A DNA stretch of 62,080 bases, the filler included, from Coriobacteriales bacterium (GTDB lineage: Bacteria > Actinomycetota > Coriobacteriia > Coriobacteriales > UBA8131), in assembly GCA_031263105.1 (NCBI GenBank). It is 10 parts of 10 records of this genome, joined end to end, with 100 filler letters (N's around TTAATTAATTAA, not from the genome) between each part and the next. Parts side by side here need not be neighbours in the genome. Positions count along the whole stretch, not along the records: positions 1 to 3,835 come from JAISGJ010000235.1; positions 3,936 to 11,709 come from JAISGJ010000238.1; 8 more parts are not named here. One strand, given 5' to 3'. This document shows, piece by piece, positions 1 through 9,422 of the stretch. A program made the position numbers and the translations under genes. The notes below the pieces were generated by a model. It did not search any database. It worked only from the letters and a program-made list of their open reading frames with translations, and was not told the origin of the DNA. Position 1 is the first letter of the stretch. Every line of letters starts with the position of its first letter.

Positions 1-112
1 TTATGTTCTTGCCGATATCAGGGCCTATCAAAAAAAATGTGGCCCGCCAAGGCGGGCCACATAACACGATTGACGCAAGCGGTGCGCTCAGGGGGAATAA
101 ATCGGCGCTTCC
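1..112 (-). mobile_element. End of a second, related IS5-family element (partial), in tandem with the next IS5
   Basis: Ends AATAAATCGGCGCTTCC followed by CTAG (113-116). Its hairpin+ATAACACGAT (38-70) matches the subterminal hairpin+ATAACACGAT at 1439-1472 of the neighbouring IS5. Confidence 0.7.
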
Positions 113-263
113 CTAGGGAGACGCTGATTTAATCGCCTCTGTTTGCCTGGGCCCATCACCGAAACGGGCGATTCCGGGCCTTTTTTGTGCCGCCCGACCG
201 GTCTTGCCCCTCATCGGCCCCTGTAGGGGCCTTATCAGGGCATCTCTACCTTCTTTTCCCGCA

Positions 264-1295
264 TTACGGGCAGGCTTGCGCAAGCGGCCGCTTGCGCGAC
301 CGCGCCTCCTCCTCCAACCTCATCGCACACCCGAGCATATAGATGTTGGCGCTGGCGAAAAGCATATGGAGCCTGTCGAGGTTTTTCTGGATGCCTCTGT
401 ACCTGGCCTTGCGAAAGCCGAAGATGTCCTTGACTATGTGGAAGGGGTGCTCGACCTTGCTTCTTGCCCGTGGCTTCTCCTTCTCCAGCATCTTCTCGAA
501 ATCCCGTGATGGCCCCTCGGGGTATTCCCTGGCGACCTTTGGGCGGCGGCGATTCACTCGCCAATCCATGTCCCTTAAGTGCCCATCGCCTCTGACCTCG
601 TCGCGCTTTTCCATGCCGACGTATCCCGCGTCGGCCCACACCGTGTGGTCGTCTTCCCTCACCAGGCTTGCCGCCTCGTCGATGTCTGCGACGTTTGCGG
701 CCGTGGCGGTTATGGTGTGCACGTATCCTGTGGCCGCGTCTGCCCCCGAGTGGCGCTTCGTGCCGAAGTACCACTCGTTGCCCTTGCGCGCCTGGTGCAT
801 CTCGGGATCGCGTGCCTTTGCGGCGTTTTTGGTGGAGGACGGCGCGTCTATGATGGCGGCGTCCACTATCGTGCCTCCCCTCATCATCCGGCCGTTGTCC
901 TCCAGAAAGCTGGCTATGGAGTCAAATATCGCCTTGCCGATATTGTGCGCCTCCATGATATGGCGAAACTTGCAAAGCGTCGTCGCATCCGGTGCCTGCT
1001 CAACGGCGAAGTCCATTCCCATGAACTTCCTGAAGGCGTAGCTGTCGCATATGGCATCTTCCACTGCCTCATCAGAGAGGTTGAACCACGCCTGGAGAAG
1101 ATACATCCGCAACATCACCTCGATGCCGCGCGGCGGCCGTCCCCGCTTTGCGTCATAGCAGTAAGGCTTTATGACAGCCACGAGCTCATCCCAACAAAGC
1201 ACATGGTCCATCATGTCCAAGAACTCCTCGCGCCTGGTCTTTTTCCTGCGTTTTGCGTATTCCATGTCAGAAAACGTCGTCTGCCCGTGTGCCAT
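264..1295 (-). CDS. IS5-family DDE transposase
   Basis: MAHGQTTFSDMEY..KTRREEFL N-terminus; IVDAAII, WADAGY and RSKVEHPF catalytic motifs; RDPEMHQ..KGNEWYFG. Start trimmed to ATG 1295. Confidence 0.95.
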   Translation of the reverse strand: MAHGQTTFSDMEYAKRRKKTRREEFLDMMDHVLCWDELVAVIKPYCYDAKRGRPPRGIEVMLRMYLLQAWFNLSDEAVEDAICDSYAFRKFMGMDFAVEQAPDATTLCKFRHIMEAHNIGKAIFDSIASFLEDNGRMMRGGTIVDAAIIDAPSSTKNAAKARDPEMHQARKGNEWYFGTKRHSGADAATGYVHTITATAANVADIDEAASLVREDDHTVWADAGYVGMEKRDEVRGDGHLRDMDWRVNRRRPKVAREYPEGPSRDFEKMLEKEKPRARSKVEHPFHIVKDIFGFRKARYRGIQKNLDRLHMLFASANIYMLGCAMRLEEEARSRKRPLAQACP

Positions 1296-1491
1296 GCCTG
1301 CTCCTTTCCCGTATGCGACTATTATAGCATAATTGCCTATTGGGCACGCCGACATCTCTGTCCTCCTACCTTGTGCGTGCAGGGCATTTGGGCACACAGG
1401 CAAGGTTGTGTGGGGGAGATACTGCGATGCGCAAGACAGTGCAGCCCGCTTCGGCGGGCTGCATAACACGATCAGAAGATGGGCAGGCGAT

Positions 1492-2618
1492 TATTGACCC
1501 GCTAAATAAATGGTTGACAAGAAGCGATGAACATGCTGTCATCTGAGTATGGAAGACGAGCGCACAGACGGCAGGCGCCTGGGCAGCGACGGGCAGCACC
1601 AGCTGCGGAAGTCGGCGGCCAGGCTGCTGTCCAAGGGCCTGAGGCCGTCGGAGGTGGCGGGCCTGCTCGGCGTCAGCAGGCAGTTCGTCTACAACGTCAA
1701 GGCCAGGGCCGAGTCCGGCGGGGCGGCGGCGCTCAGGCCGAAGGCGCGGGGGCGCAAGGCCGGCTCCAAGCGCAGGCTGACCCCGGAGCAGGAGTCCTTC
1801 GTTGTCGAGACGATAACCGAGAAGAACCCCGACCAGCTCAAGATGGCCTGCTGCCTGTGGGACCGCAGGTCCGTGGCCGAGCTTGCGATGCGGGAGTTCG
1901 GGGTGGGGCTGCCGCCGTCCACGGTGGGCTGCTACCTGCGCCGCTGGGGCTTCTCCAAGCAGCGCCCGGTGCGCCGGGCCAACAGGCAGGACCCGGAGCG
2001 CATCCGCGCCTGGCTGGAGGAGGAGTACCCCGAGATCGAGCAGAAGGCCAGGTCGGAGGGGGCGGAGATATACTGGGGCGACGAGACCGCCCTGCAAAAC
2101 ACCTCCAACTTCATCAAGGGCTACTCCCCGAGGGGCAGGGCCCCGGTGCTCATGGTCGAGGCCAGGAGGATGAAGCTGAACATGCTGTCCGCCGTCTCCA
2201 ACAGGGGCAAGCTGCGCTTCACCATCACCAGGGAGACGGTGGGGCCGGACACGCTCATAGGCTTCATGCGCAGGCTCTGCCGCGACAGCGGGCGCAAGGT
2301 GCTGCTCATACTGGACAACCTGAGGGCGCACCACTCCAAGAAGGTGGCCGCATGGGCGGCCGTGCACGGGGCCTCCATCGAGGTGTTCTTCCTGCCAGCC
2401 TACGCGCCGGAGTACAACCCGGACGAGTATCTCGACAGCGACCTGAAGCGGGAGATGGAGCGCCTGCCGTCGGCGTCGACGGAGGAGGAGCTGTCCGGCA
2501 GCGCCCGCTCCTTCCTGGCCAGGCGACAGAGGCAGCCGGACAAGGTGGAGTCATACTTCAAGAACGAGCATACGAGGTACGCCGCCGGTTTGTAAACCAT
2601 TTTATTAGCGCAGCAATA
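1492..2618 (+). mobile_element. IS630-family insertion sequence
   Basis: About 29-bp imperfect IRs (TATTGACCCGCTAAATAAATGGTTGACAA / TTGTAAACCATTTTATTAGCGCAGCAATA) with TA at both ends. Confidence 0.92.
1549..2595 (+). CDS. IS630-family transposase
   Basis: N-terminal HTH; WGDET, LILDN and PEYNPDE DDE motifs; single intact ORF. Confidence 0.95.
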   Translation: MEDERTDGRRLGSDGQHQLRKSAARLLSKGLRPSEVAGLLGVSRQFVYNVKARAESGGAAALRPKARGRKAGSKRRLTPEQESFVVETITEKNPDQLKMACCLWDRRSVAELAMREFGVGLPPSTVGCYLRRWGFSKQRPVRRANRQDPERIRAWLEEEYPEIEQKARSEGAEIYWGDETALQNTSNFIKGYSPRGRAPVLMVEARRMKLNMLSAVSNRGKLRFTITRETVGPDTLIGFMRRLCRDSGRKVLLILDNLRAHHSKKVAAWAAVHGASIEVFFLPAYAPEYNPDEYLDSDLKREMERLPSASTEEELSGSARSFLARRQRQPDKVESYFKNEHTRYAAGL

Positions 2619-3052
2619 AATCGGTGGTTCCCTAGGCGGTTCCTTGGGCTATTCTATCGTCTTTCTGATAGCTTGACCGAGACGAAGCCCGAGAGCGCCT
2701 TGCCGTGCAGCCGAGGCGTTACCGCTCACATCCCACTGGCTGGCGCAGCAGTAGCGCTTAGTTCCAGTCCAGCAGCCTCTCGTGGGCTTTTCATTTCAGC
2801 ATGACCTTCCTCCCATGCACGACGCGCAATCCATTGCGAGTGCGGATTCGCACGACGCACAAAAATACGCGGGGCCGAGGATTTGAAGCAGCCAAGGTTT
2901 CCTTGGCGGGGCCCGGAATGAGTGGGACGTGAACGGTAACAACGGTTGGTATCACTATCGAAAAGTCTGCCAGTGGGACTACGTCATACTTCGCCGACAT
3001 GATAGAATTGCGAAGTAGAATACCGGTCTGTGGCAGAGACGAAGGTTCAACC

Positions 3053-3349
3053 ATGCGCTACACACTTGAGCAAATTAAGGCTGTCGTCGCTAGATACGCA
3101 TCGGAAAACGGAATAAAGAGCGTGTGGCTGTTCGGCTCGTACGCCGATGGGCGCGCCACGGACGAGAGCGACATCGATCTGCTGGTCGAGTACTACGAGG
3201 CACCGTCCCTGCTCAACTATCTGGGGTTCCAAGAACAAATCCAAGACGAGCTCGACATCCGGGTCGATGTGATACGGTACCCTCTCAATCGCGAGCGGCT
3301 CATCGACCCTGACTTCGACCCAGGGAGGACGGTGACGGTGTATGGTTGA
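3053..3349 (+). CDS. Minimal nucleotidyltransferase (MntA-like antitoxin)
   Basis: LFGSYADGRATDESDIDLLV (GSx10DxD); overlaps the HEPN gene; extended -10 TGATAGAAT near 3000. Confidence 0.9.
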   Translation: MRYTLEQIKAVVARYASENGIKSVWLFGSYADGRATDESDIDLLVEYYEAPSLLNYLGFQEQIQDELDIRVDVIRYPLNRERLIDPDFDPGRTVTVYG

Positions 3350-3668
3350 GAGAAACGGGCTGTTGGTTGAGCGAATCGTCGGCGAAATAGACTTCGTGCT
3401 TGATGCCTCGAAGGCTATGACCGAGGACGATTTCGCAGGTGACGTGTTCGCACAGCACGCATTGACGATGGCGATACTCAACATAGGGGAACTGGCGGGG
3501 CGCTTGGGCAGCGATTACCGCGCAAGGCATACGGAGATTCCCTGGCAGCAGATAGTCGGCTTCAGGAACGCCGCCGCACACAGCTACGATGGCCTCGACA
3601 TGGGGATTGTCTGGCGAACAGTCCGGAAGGACCTCCCAGAATTGAAGGCCATGTTGTTGGCTCTTTAA
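3342..3668 (+). CDS. HEPN/DUF86 ribonuclease toxin (HepT-like)
   Basis: IPWQQIVGFRNAAAHSY carries the Rx4HxY motif; paired with MNT. Confidence 0.9.
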   Translation: MVERNGLLVERIVGEIDFVLDASKAMTEDDFAGDVFAQHALTMAILNIGELAGRLGSDYRARHTEIPWQQIVGFRNAAAHSYDGLDMGIVWRTVRKDLPELKAMLLAL

Positions 3669-3716
3669 CGCGGGGCAGGGGGCACGGACGTTTTCTTGGA
3701 CTTACTGACCTACTTC

Positions 3717-3835
3717 GTTACTGTTCACGCCCCCACTGTCATTCCGAGCCTGTCGAGGAATCTTCGACCGCGAAGCGGTCGACCGTAGGTCGAAGGCCCC
3801 CTCCGACCTACTGTTGGTCGCTTCGCGACCAAAGA
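3717..3835 (+). repeat. Family A palindromic element with MITE end, cut by gap
   Basis: GTTACTGTTCAC-GCCCCCACTGTCATTCCGAGC...; reverse complement of 3936-4054. Confidence 0.85.
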
Positions 3836-3935
3836 NNNNNNNNNNNNNNNNNNNNNNNNNNNNNNNNNNNNNNNNNNNNTTAATTAATTAANNNNNNNNN
3901 NNNNNNNNNNNNNNNNNNNNNNNNNNNNNNNNNNN
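3836..3935. other. Assembly linker; others at 11710-11809, 25410-25509, 30874-30973, 34381-34480, 39178-39277, 42642-42741, 49837-49936, 57565-57664
   Basis: N-runs with a central TTAATTAATTAA six-frame stop, 100 nt each. Confidence 0.98.
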
Positions 3936-4054
3936 TCTTTGGTCGCGAAGCGACCAACAGTAGGTCGGAGGGGGCCTTCGACCTACGGTCGACCGCTTCG
4001 CGGTCGAAGATTCCTCGACAGGCTCGGAATGACAGTGGGGGCGTGAACAGTAAC
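3936..4054 (-). repeat. Family A palindromic element with MITE end, cut by gap
   Basis: Ends GCTCGGAATGACAGTGGGGGCGTGAACAGTAAC. Confidence 0.85.
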
Positions 4055-4055
4055 C

Positions 4056-6809
4056 TCATCCGTACACCCCTATCGCGGCTTGGAGGATGTCGCGGGCCTT
4101 GGGGGTCGCGGTGCCGCCTGATGTCTGTTCGACGACAAGGGCGACCACGACCGTGTGCCCGTTCACCTCCACATACCCTATGAACCAGGAATCGTCCTGG
4201 GGATTGTCCGTCTGTGCGGTCCCCGTCTTGCCGCGCACGGTGTAGCCGTCGATCTGCGCAGCGGTCCCGGTCCCGGTCGCCACGACGCCTGCCATGGCCT
4301 CCTGCACCTTTTTGGCGACCTCGGGGGAGAGGGCCTCGCCGATGCGGACGGGGCTTGCCTCCTGCACCTGCTCGCCCTGCGCGTTCACCACCCGCTCGAG
4401 GACATGCGGCCTCATGAGCACCCCGTTGTTCGCTATCGCCGAGGCGACCATGCCCATCTGGAGCACGGTAGCCTGGGGGCCGGCGGGGCTCTTGTGCTCG
4501 CCGACAGGCTGGCCGACGCCTGCCCAGGCGGTCTCCCATTGCGTCATCTCGCCGGGGTCGGGCATGAGTGACCGCACGACGTCGAAGTCCGTTCCGAGGT
4601 CGCGGTTGAAGCCGAGGCGCTCGGCGGTGTCGCAGAGTCGGCTGGCACCGACCTGGTCGGCCACCTGGGCGAAGACGGTGTTGGAGCTCACCTCGAATGC
4701 CTTGAGCAGGCTGACGTTCCCATAGTCGAACGAGTCGAAGTTCGTTACGGGGGCATTGCCTATGTCGATGCTGCCGGGCGCATCGTAGCTCGCATCGAGC
4801 GTGATGCCCTGCGCGAGCGCACTGGCAAGCGTGACGGACTTGAAGGTCGATCCGGGGGCGTAGAGCCCCTGCGTCGCGCGGTTGACCAGCAGGCCCTCGC
4901 CGCCCCCCGAGCCGCCCCCCGAGCCGCCGCCGCTTCCGTCGAGTATCGACTCGACCGCATTGTTGTCGAAGGTCGGCGCACTGGCGCTCGCCAACAGGGC
5001 GCCGCTGCCCGCCTCAAGCACGACCACGCCGCCGACCTCGCCTGCAAGCGCAGCCTCGGCGGCCGCCTGGATGCGCGCATCGAGCGTGAGGTAGAGGTCG
5101 TTTCCGGGCACCTGCCTGTCGGCGAGCACGTCGAGCGCGTCGCTCCAGCTGCTGAGGTCCGTCCGTCCCGCGAGCGTGTCGGCATAGGTGGACTCCACGC
5201 CCGTCGAGCCGAACACGGAAGAGGTGTAGCCGACGACATGGGAGGCGAAGGAGCCTCCGGGGTACACGCGTTTCCAGCGCCCGTTCTCGTCCTGCTCGCT
5301 CCGTGCGAGCACCGTCCCGTCCGTCGTGAGGATGGCCCCACGCTGGATGTTGAGGTTGCGTTCCAGCACGTGGCCGTTCGCGGGGTCCGCATGCATGGCC
5401 TCGGCATCGATGAGCATGTGCCAGGCGAGGTTGCCGATGAGCACTGCAAACAGGCAGGCGAAGCCCGTGACGAGCAGCGTGATGCGTTTGCCGAGGGTCA
5501 CCCTGCCGAGTATGCCCCCGTCGAAGGTGGAGACGCCCTGAAGCTCCTTCCCTATCCCCGTCGCGTTGTCGCTGGTGCGCAGCAGCAGGCCGACGATGAT
5601 GAAGCTCGCGAGGAGCGAGGAGCCCCCCTGGCTCATGAACGGCAAGGTGACCCCTGTCAGCGGAATGAGCCGCGTCACGCCACCGACGATGACGAAGGCC
5701 TGCAGGACGATGGCCGTCGTGAGCCCTATGGCGGCGAAGGCGGCCACGTCGGAGTCCGCCCGCGCGGCGACGGTGAGGCCGCGCACCGCGAACAGCACGA
5801 AGAGCAGAAGCACGGCGCTCGCGCCGAGCAGGCCCATCTCCTCGGCCATGGCGACGAAGATGAAGTCGCTTTCGACGACGGGGATGAGGTCGGGCAGGCC
5901 GCGCCCGATGCCGGTTCCGAACAGGTCGCCGTCTGCGAGCGAGTAGAGGCCTTGGATGAGCTGCCAGCCGGATGTCTCCCGGTATGCAAAGGGGTCGAGC
6001 CAGATGTCGATGCGCTGCTGCACGTGGCTGAAGACAAAGAAGGCCGCCACGCCGCCGACGGCCGCCAGGGCCACGCCTGCAACGACGTACACCTTGCGCC
6101 CGCTCGCGATGTAGGTCATCACGAGGAACAGCCCGAAGAACAGGAGCGCGCTTCCGAGGTCGCGCTCGAACACGACGATCACCAGGCTTATCGCCCACAT
6201 GACGAGCAGGGGGGCCAGCGTGCGCAGGTCGGGCACCGTGAAGGGCCCGATGCGCCGTCCGCCGACCGAGAGCATCTCGCGGTTGTCCGCCAGATAGCCT
6301 GCGAGGAACAGCACGACAAGCACCTTGGCGACCTCGCCCGGCTGGAACGAGAAGCTGCCGACCTTGAGCCATATCTTGGAGCCGTAGATCTCCGTCCCCG
6401 CGACGGCCGGCAGCAGCAACAAGATGATGCCGAGCAGCATGAGGATGTACTTGTAGCTGCAAAGCCTGCGGACGGAGCGCACCAGGACGAGCGTCACGAG
6501 CATCGCGGCGATGGAGATGAACAACCACATGATCTGGCGGGGCGCGAGTTCGGGCGCAAGGCGCATGACGAAGGCGATGCCGATGCCGCTGAGCACGAAC
6601 ACGATGGGGAGCAGCGCGGGGTCGGCGTTCGGTGCGAGCCTGCGCACGGCGACATGGGAGACGACGAACGCAGCGAACAGGCCCAGGGGCACTGCCAGCG
6701 TCTCAAGGCTCAGGGGCTTCTCGTCGTTCACGAGCGCAAGGACGAAGAGCAGGATGATGGCCGGTGTGGCTGCGAGCAGCAGGAGAAGCTCGGTGGTTCG
6801 GCGGCTCAT
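4056..6809 (-). CDS. Fused RodA/FtsW (SEDS) glycosyltransferase and class B penicillin-binding transpeptidase
   Basis: Multi-TM SEDS part (FQPGEVAK, DLGSA, SDFIF, PLTGVTLPFMSQGGSS) followed by PBP motifs STFK, SSN and KTG. Confidence 0.92.
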   Translation of the reverse strand: MSRRTTELLLLLAATPAIILLFVLALVNDEKPLSLETLAVPLGLFAAFVVSHVAVRRLAPNADPALLPIVFVLSGIGIAFVMRLAPELAPRQIMWLFISIAAMLVTLVLVRSVRRLCSYKYILMLLGIILLLLPAVAGTEIYGSKIWLKVGSFSFQPGEVAKVLVVLFLAGYLADNREMLSVGGRRIGPFTVPDLRTLAPLLVMWAISLVIVVFERDLGSALLFFGLFLVMTYIASGRKVYVVAGVALAAVGGVAAFFVFSHVQQRIDIWLDPFAYRETSGWQLIQGLYSLADGDLFGTGIGRGLPDLIPVVESDFIFVAMAEEMGLLGASAVLLLFVLFAVRGLTVAARADSDVAAFAAIGLTTAIVLQAFVIVGGVTRLIPLTGVTLPFMSQGGSSLLASFIIVGLLLRTSDNATGIGKELQGVSTFDGGILGRVTLGKRITLLVTGFACLFAVLIGNLAWHMLIDAEAMHADPANGHVLERNLNIQRGAILTTDGTVLARSEQDENGRWKRVYPGGSFASHVVGYTSSVFGSTGVESTYADTLAGRTDLSSWSDALDVLADRQVPGNDLYLTLDARIQAAAEAALAGEVGGVVVLEAGSGALLASASAPTFDNNAVESILDGSGGGSGGGSGGGEGLLVNRATQGLYAPGSTFKSVTLASALAQGITLDASYDAPGSIDIGNAPVTNFDSFDYGNVSLLKAFEVSSNTVFAQVADQVGASRLCDTAERLGFNRDLGTDFDVVRSLMPDPGEMTQWETAWAGVGQPVGEHKSPAGPQATVLQMGMVASAIANNGVLMRPHVLERVVNAQGEQVQEASPVRIGEALSPEVAKKVQEAMAGVVATGTGTAAQIDGYTVRGKTGTAQTDNPQDDSWFIGYVEVNGHTVVVALVVEQTSGGTATPKARDILQAAIGVYG

Positions 6810-6816
6810 GTCTCGC

Positions 6817-7980
6817 TCATCGCCCTTCCAGCAGTTTCTCGTACTGCCTGACGAGGTCCCGCGCCTCGTCGAGCGACTCGGTCTGGATGCCCGTCGCAAG
6901 GCCGCTGACCGTCGTCGGGTTGAGCGGCGGGGCGGTCGAGGGGACGCGCGTCCTCTCCTCCCGCCATTTGAGCTCGAAGCCCAGCACGTCCCCCGGAAGC
7001 CCGCGGTACAAGGCGACGTAGCCGTCCTCCTCGATAAGGAACGCGGCGTTGCGCGCGTAGGCGTACACGCCGCCGACCGTGCCCGCCACGATGAGGACGA
7101 GCACGAGGAGGAAGGCGGCTATGCCGCGCATGAAGCGGCGCTTCTGACGCAGGGCCGCCTGCGGCCTCGCATCGTTGATGTCGACGACGATGACGGTGAT
7201 GTTGTCGTGGCCGCCCGCCTCGTTCGCCGCATCGACGAGCGCGTCGGCGGCGGCTTGGGGATCGGGGGCTGCGGCGAGCAGCTGGGAGAGGCGGGCGGTG
7301 TCCACCATGCTGTTCAGCCCGTCGGAGCAGAGCATGAGGCGGTCGCCCGTGTGGATGCAGACCTCGTAGATGTCCGGCTGCAGCCCCTCGTCGGAGCCGA
7401 GTGCGCGCGTTATGACGGAGCGCTTGGGATGGACGCGGGCCTCCTCGGGCGTGAGGCGTCCCGTGGCGACAAGCTGTGCGACGAAGCTGTGGTCGCGGGT
7501 CACCTGGCGCAGCTGTCCGTCCCGCATAAGGTAGGCACGCGAATCGCCCACCTGCGCGATGAGGAGCTGGTCGTTTTCGATGACCGCTGCGGTGAGCGTC
7601 GTGCCCATGCCCTCCCGGCCGATGCCCCTGCGCGCGGCGTCGATGATGACCCGGTTCGATTCGAGCACCGCGTCCCTGAGCGCCGTGCCGTCCGTGCCGC
7701 GTATCTCGGCATCCTCGAAGACGCGGACGGCAAGCTCGCTCGCCACCTCGCCTGCGGCATGTCCGCCCATGCCGTCGGCGACGACGTAAAGGGGCGGCAG
7801 GACCAGGAGCGAGTCCTCGTTATGGTCGCGTATGCGGCCGACGTCGGTGCGTGAGCCGACATCGGCATGCGGGGCCGTGCGCGACTTGGCTCCGACGCGC
7901 GAGAAGGGCCCGGCGCGCTTGGCGCCCCCCGTTCCCGCCTGCGAGGACGGCCAGGGCCCGTTCCTTTTGGCAGGGGTCAT
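6817..7980 (-). CDS. pstP: PP2C/Stp1 family Ser/Thr phosphatase with TM anchor
   Basis: GRIRDHNEDS, VADGMGGH, VGDSRAY, CSDGL and GGHDNITV motifs. Confidence 0.93.
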   Translation of the reverse strand: MTPAKRNGPWPSSQAGTGGAKRAGPFSRVGAKSRTAPHADVGSRTDVGRIRDHNEDSLLVLPPLYVVADGMGGHAAGEVASELAVRVFEDAEIRGTDGTALRDAVLESNRVIIDAARRGIGREGMGTTLTAAVIENDQLLIAQVGDSRAYLMRDGQLRQVTRDHSFVAQLVATGRLTPEEARVHPKRSVITRALGSDEGLQPDIYEVCIHTGDRLMLCSDGLNSMVDTARLSQLLAAAPDPQAAADALVDAANEAGGHDNITVIVVDINDARPQAALRQKRRFMRGIAAFLLVLVLIVAGTVGGVYAYARNAAFLIEEDGYVALYRGLPGDVLGFELKWREERTRVPSTAPPLNPTTVSGLATGIQTESLDEARDLVRQYEKLLEGR

Positions 7981-8390
7981 GGACCGCTCACCCGTATGGT
8001 CACATCGCCGATTCCGACGATGTCGCCGTCGTTGAGCTGCTCGGCGCCGTGTATGCGGGTGCCGTTCACCGTGGTTCCGTTCGTCGAGCCGAGGTCCTCG
8101 ATGACGAGGTTCTCGGCGAGGCGCGAGAAGCGCGCGTGACGCCCTGAGACGTAGGCGGCGGCGATGACGATGTCGGCGCCGGGGGCGCGTCCCACCACGA
8201 CGGGGCCGGCGACGGCTATCTTCACGCCGCGCAGCTCCCGGGGCCCGTGCTGTATGGCGACCGTCCAGGCGTCGCCCTTATGGCCCTGGCCGCGCACGAG
8301 GCCGATCCCCGTCCGCATCACGACGAACAGGAACAGGAACAGCAACACGACCAGCAGGATCCGTCCGGCGAACAAGGCAATGTCGATCAT
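7977..8390 (-). CDS. fhaB: FHA-domain protein with N-terminal TM (FhaB/FipA-like)
   Basis: VGR..VSGRHAR..DLGSTNGT; coupled to both neighbours. Confidence 0.88.
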   Translation of the reverse strand: MIDIALFAGRILLVVLLFLFLFVVMRTGIGLVRGQGHKGDAWTVAIQHGPRELRGVKIAVAGPVVVGRAPGADIVIAAAYVSGRHARFSRLAENLVIEDLGSTNGTTVNGTRIHGAEQLNDGDIVGIGDVTIRVSGP

Positions 8391-9421
8391 GCGCGTCCCC
8401 CTGGCACACGCGCGTGCGCTCCCACCGACACGCGGAACTCGAGGACCGTCACGCCGAGGGCGATCTGGTCGCCGTCGCGCAGCAGCGCCGAGGCGACGGG
8501 GCTGCCGTTGAGGCGTGTCCCGTTGGTGGAGTCGAGGTCGGTGAGCTTCCATGAGCCGAGCGCGTCCTGCGTGAAGCGCACGTGGCGGCGCGAGATGTTC
8601 ACGTCGTCGACGGTGATGTCGCAGGAGGCATCCCGCCCGAGCACCATGGACGTATCGGTGAGCGCGTAGCTCTTGCCTGCGTTGAGGTTGGCGAGGCGCG
8701 CCGTGCCGCCGAGGGCGGGCCCTCGAAGGGCTTCGCTTACGGGTCTTGGGGAGGCGCTGTCTGCGGCCGCCCCATACGGGTCGTCATCTGCGGTCGCCAG
8801 ACGGGCGGCCCCGCTCGCGGCGACCATCGGCAGCGGCTCCGCCTGCAGCGGCACCAAAGGCTCCACCTGCGGCAACGCATCGAGTGCCGGGAGCACCACA
8901 GAGGCGCCGGCGATGCCCGGCCCGGCCCCTGCGGCCGCCCCGAGGCGGTCGAGGCCCGCGTCGTCCGCCTTGTCTTTCCCCCTGTCCTGCCCCGTTGGCT
9001 CCTTGAGCCCCCAGAACTCCATCTCCTCGTCGCGAAGCTGCGCGACGATGGGTGCGGCCACGTTCTCGGCTATGACGTCGAACTTGCCGCTCTTGAGGTT
9101 CTCGTCCACGATGAAGCGCACGAGGGGGCGACCGTCGAACTTGAGGCCGTTCTCCGTGCCCTTTCCCACCAGGTAGGTCTCTATCTCCGCCGCCATGGTG
9201 GGGTAGAAGCCGAAAAGCTTGCGGTCGTCGCCTGTGCCGACAAGCACCGTGTAAAGGGTGGGGGCGTACTGCGTGCCCGCGCCTACGAGCTTCTCGCGGT
9301 TCATCTGCTTCTCGGCGCGTTTGGCTATTTGGGCGGGTTCGAGAGGGGCACGGAACACCGCGCCTGCCGCCTTGTCGAAGGCGCTGTCGAGGCCGCCTTC
9401 CAACCGTGAGAACATACCCAC
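8387..9421 (-). CDS. fhaA: DUF3662 + FHA protein (FhaA)
   Basis: N-terminal DUF3662-like region; C-terminal LGR..ISRRH..DSTNGT. Confidence 0.88.
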   Translation of the reverse strand: MGMFSRLEGGLDSAFDKAAGAVFRAPLEPAQIAKRAEKQMNREKLVGAGTQYAPTLYTVLVGTGDDRKLFGFYPTMAAEIETYLVGKGTENGLKFDGRPLVRFIVDENLKSGKFDVIAENVAAPIVAQLRDEEMEFWGLKEPTGQDRGKDKADDAGLDRLGAAAGAGPGIAGASVVLPALDALPQVEPLVPLQAEPLPMVAASGAARLATADDDPYGAAADSASPRPVSEALRGPALGGTARLANLNAGKSYALTDTSMVLGRDASCDITVDDVNISRRHVRFTQDALGSWKLTDLDSTNGTRLNGSPVASALLRDGDQIALGVTVLEFRVSVGAHARVPGGRA

Positions 9422-9422
9422 G

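Larger units (their letters stand above)
117..2631 (-). mobile_element. IS5-family insertion sequence carrying a nested IS630
   Basis: IR GGAGACGCTGATTTAATC at 117; opposite IR GAT[TA]AATCGGTGGTTCC is split by the IS630; CTAG duplication at 113-116 and 2632-2635. Confidence 0.9.

Noticed and set aside
2860..2905. tRNA-like TTCAAATCC on the minus strand
   Set aside because: No cloverleaf or matching T-stem could be built.
3880..3891. Recurring TTAATTAATTAA motif
   Set aside because: Artificial six-frame stop linker inside N-runs.
3717..4054. Apparent 119-bp perfect palindrome spanning the first gap
   Set aside because: The outer 8-mers differ (CCTACTTC versus CTCATCCG), so there is no target duplication. 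More likely two contigs ending in identical repeat copies.
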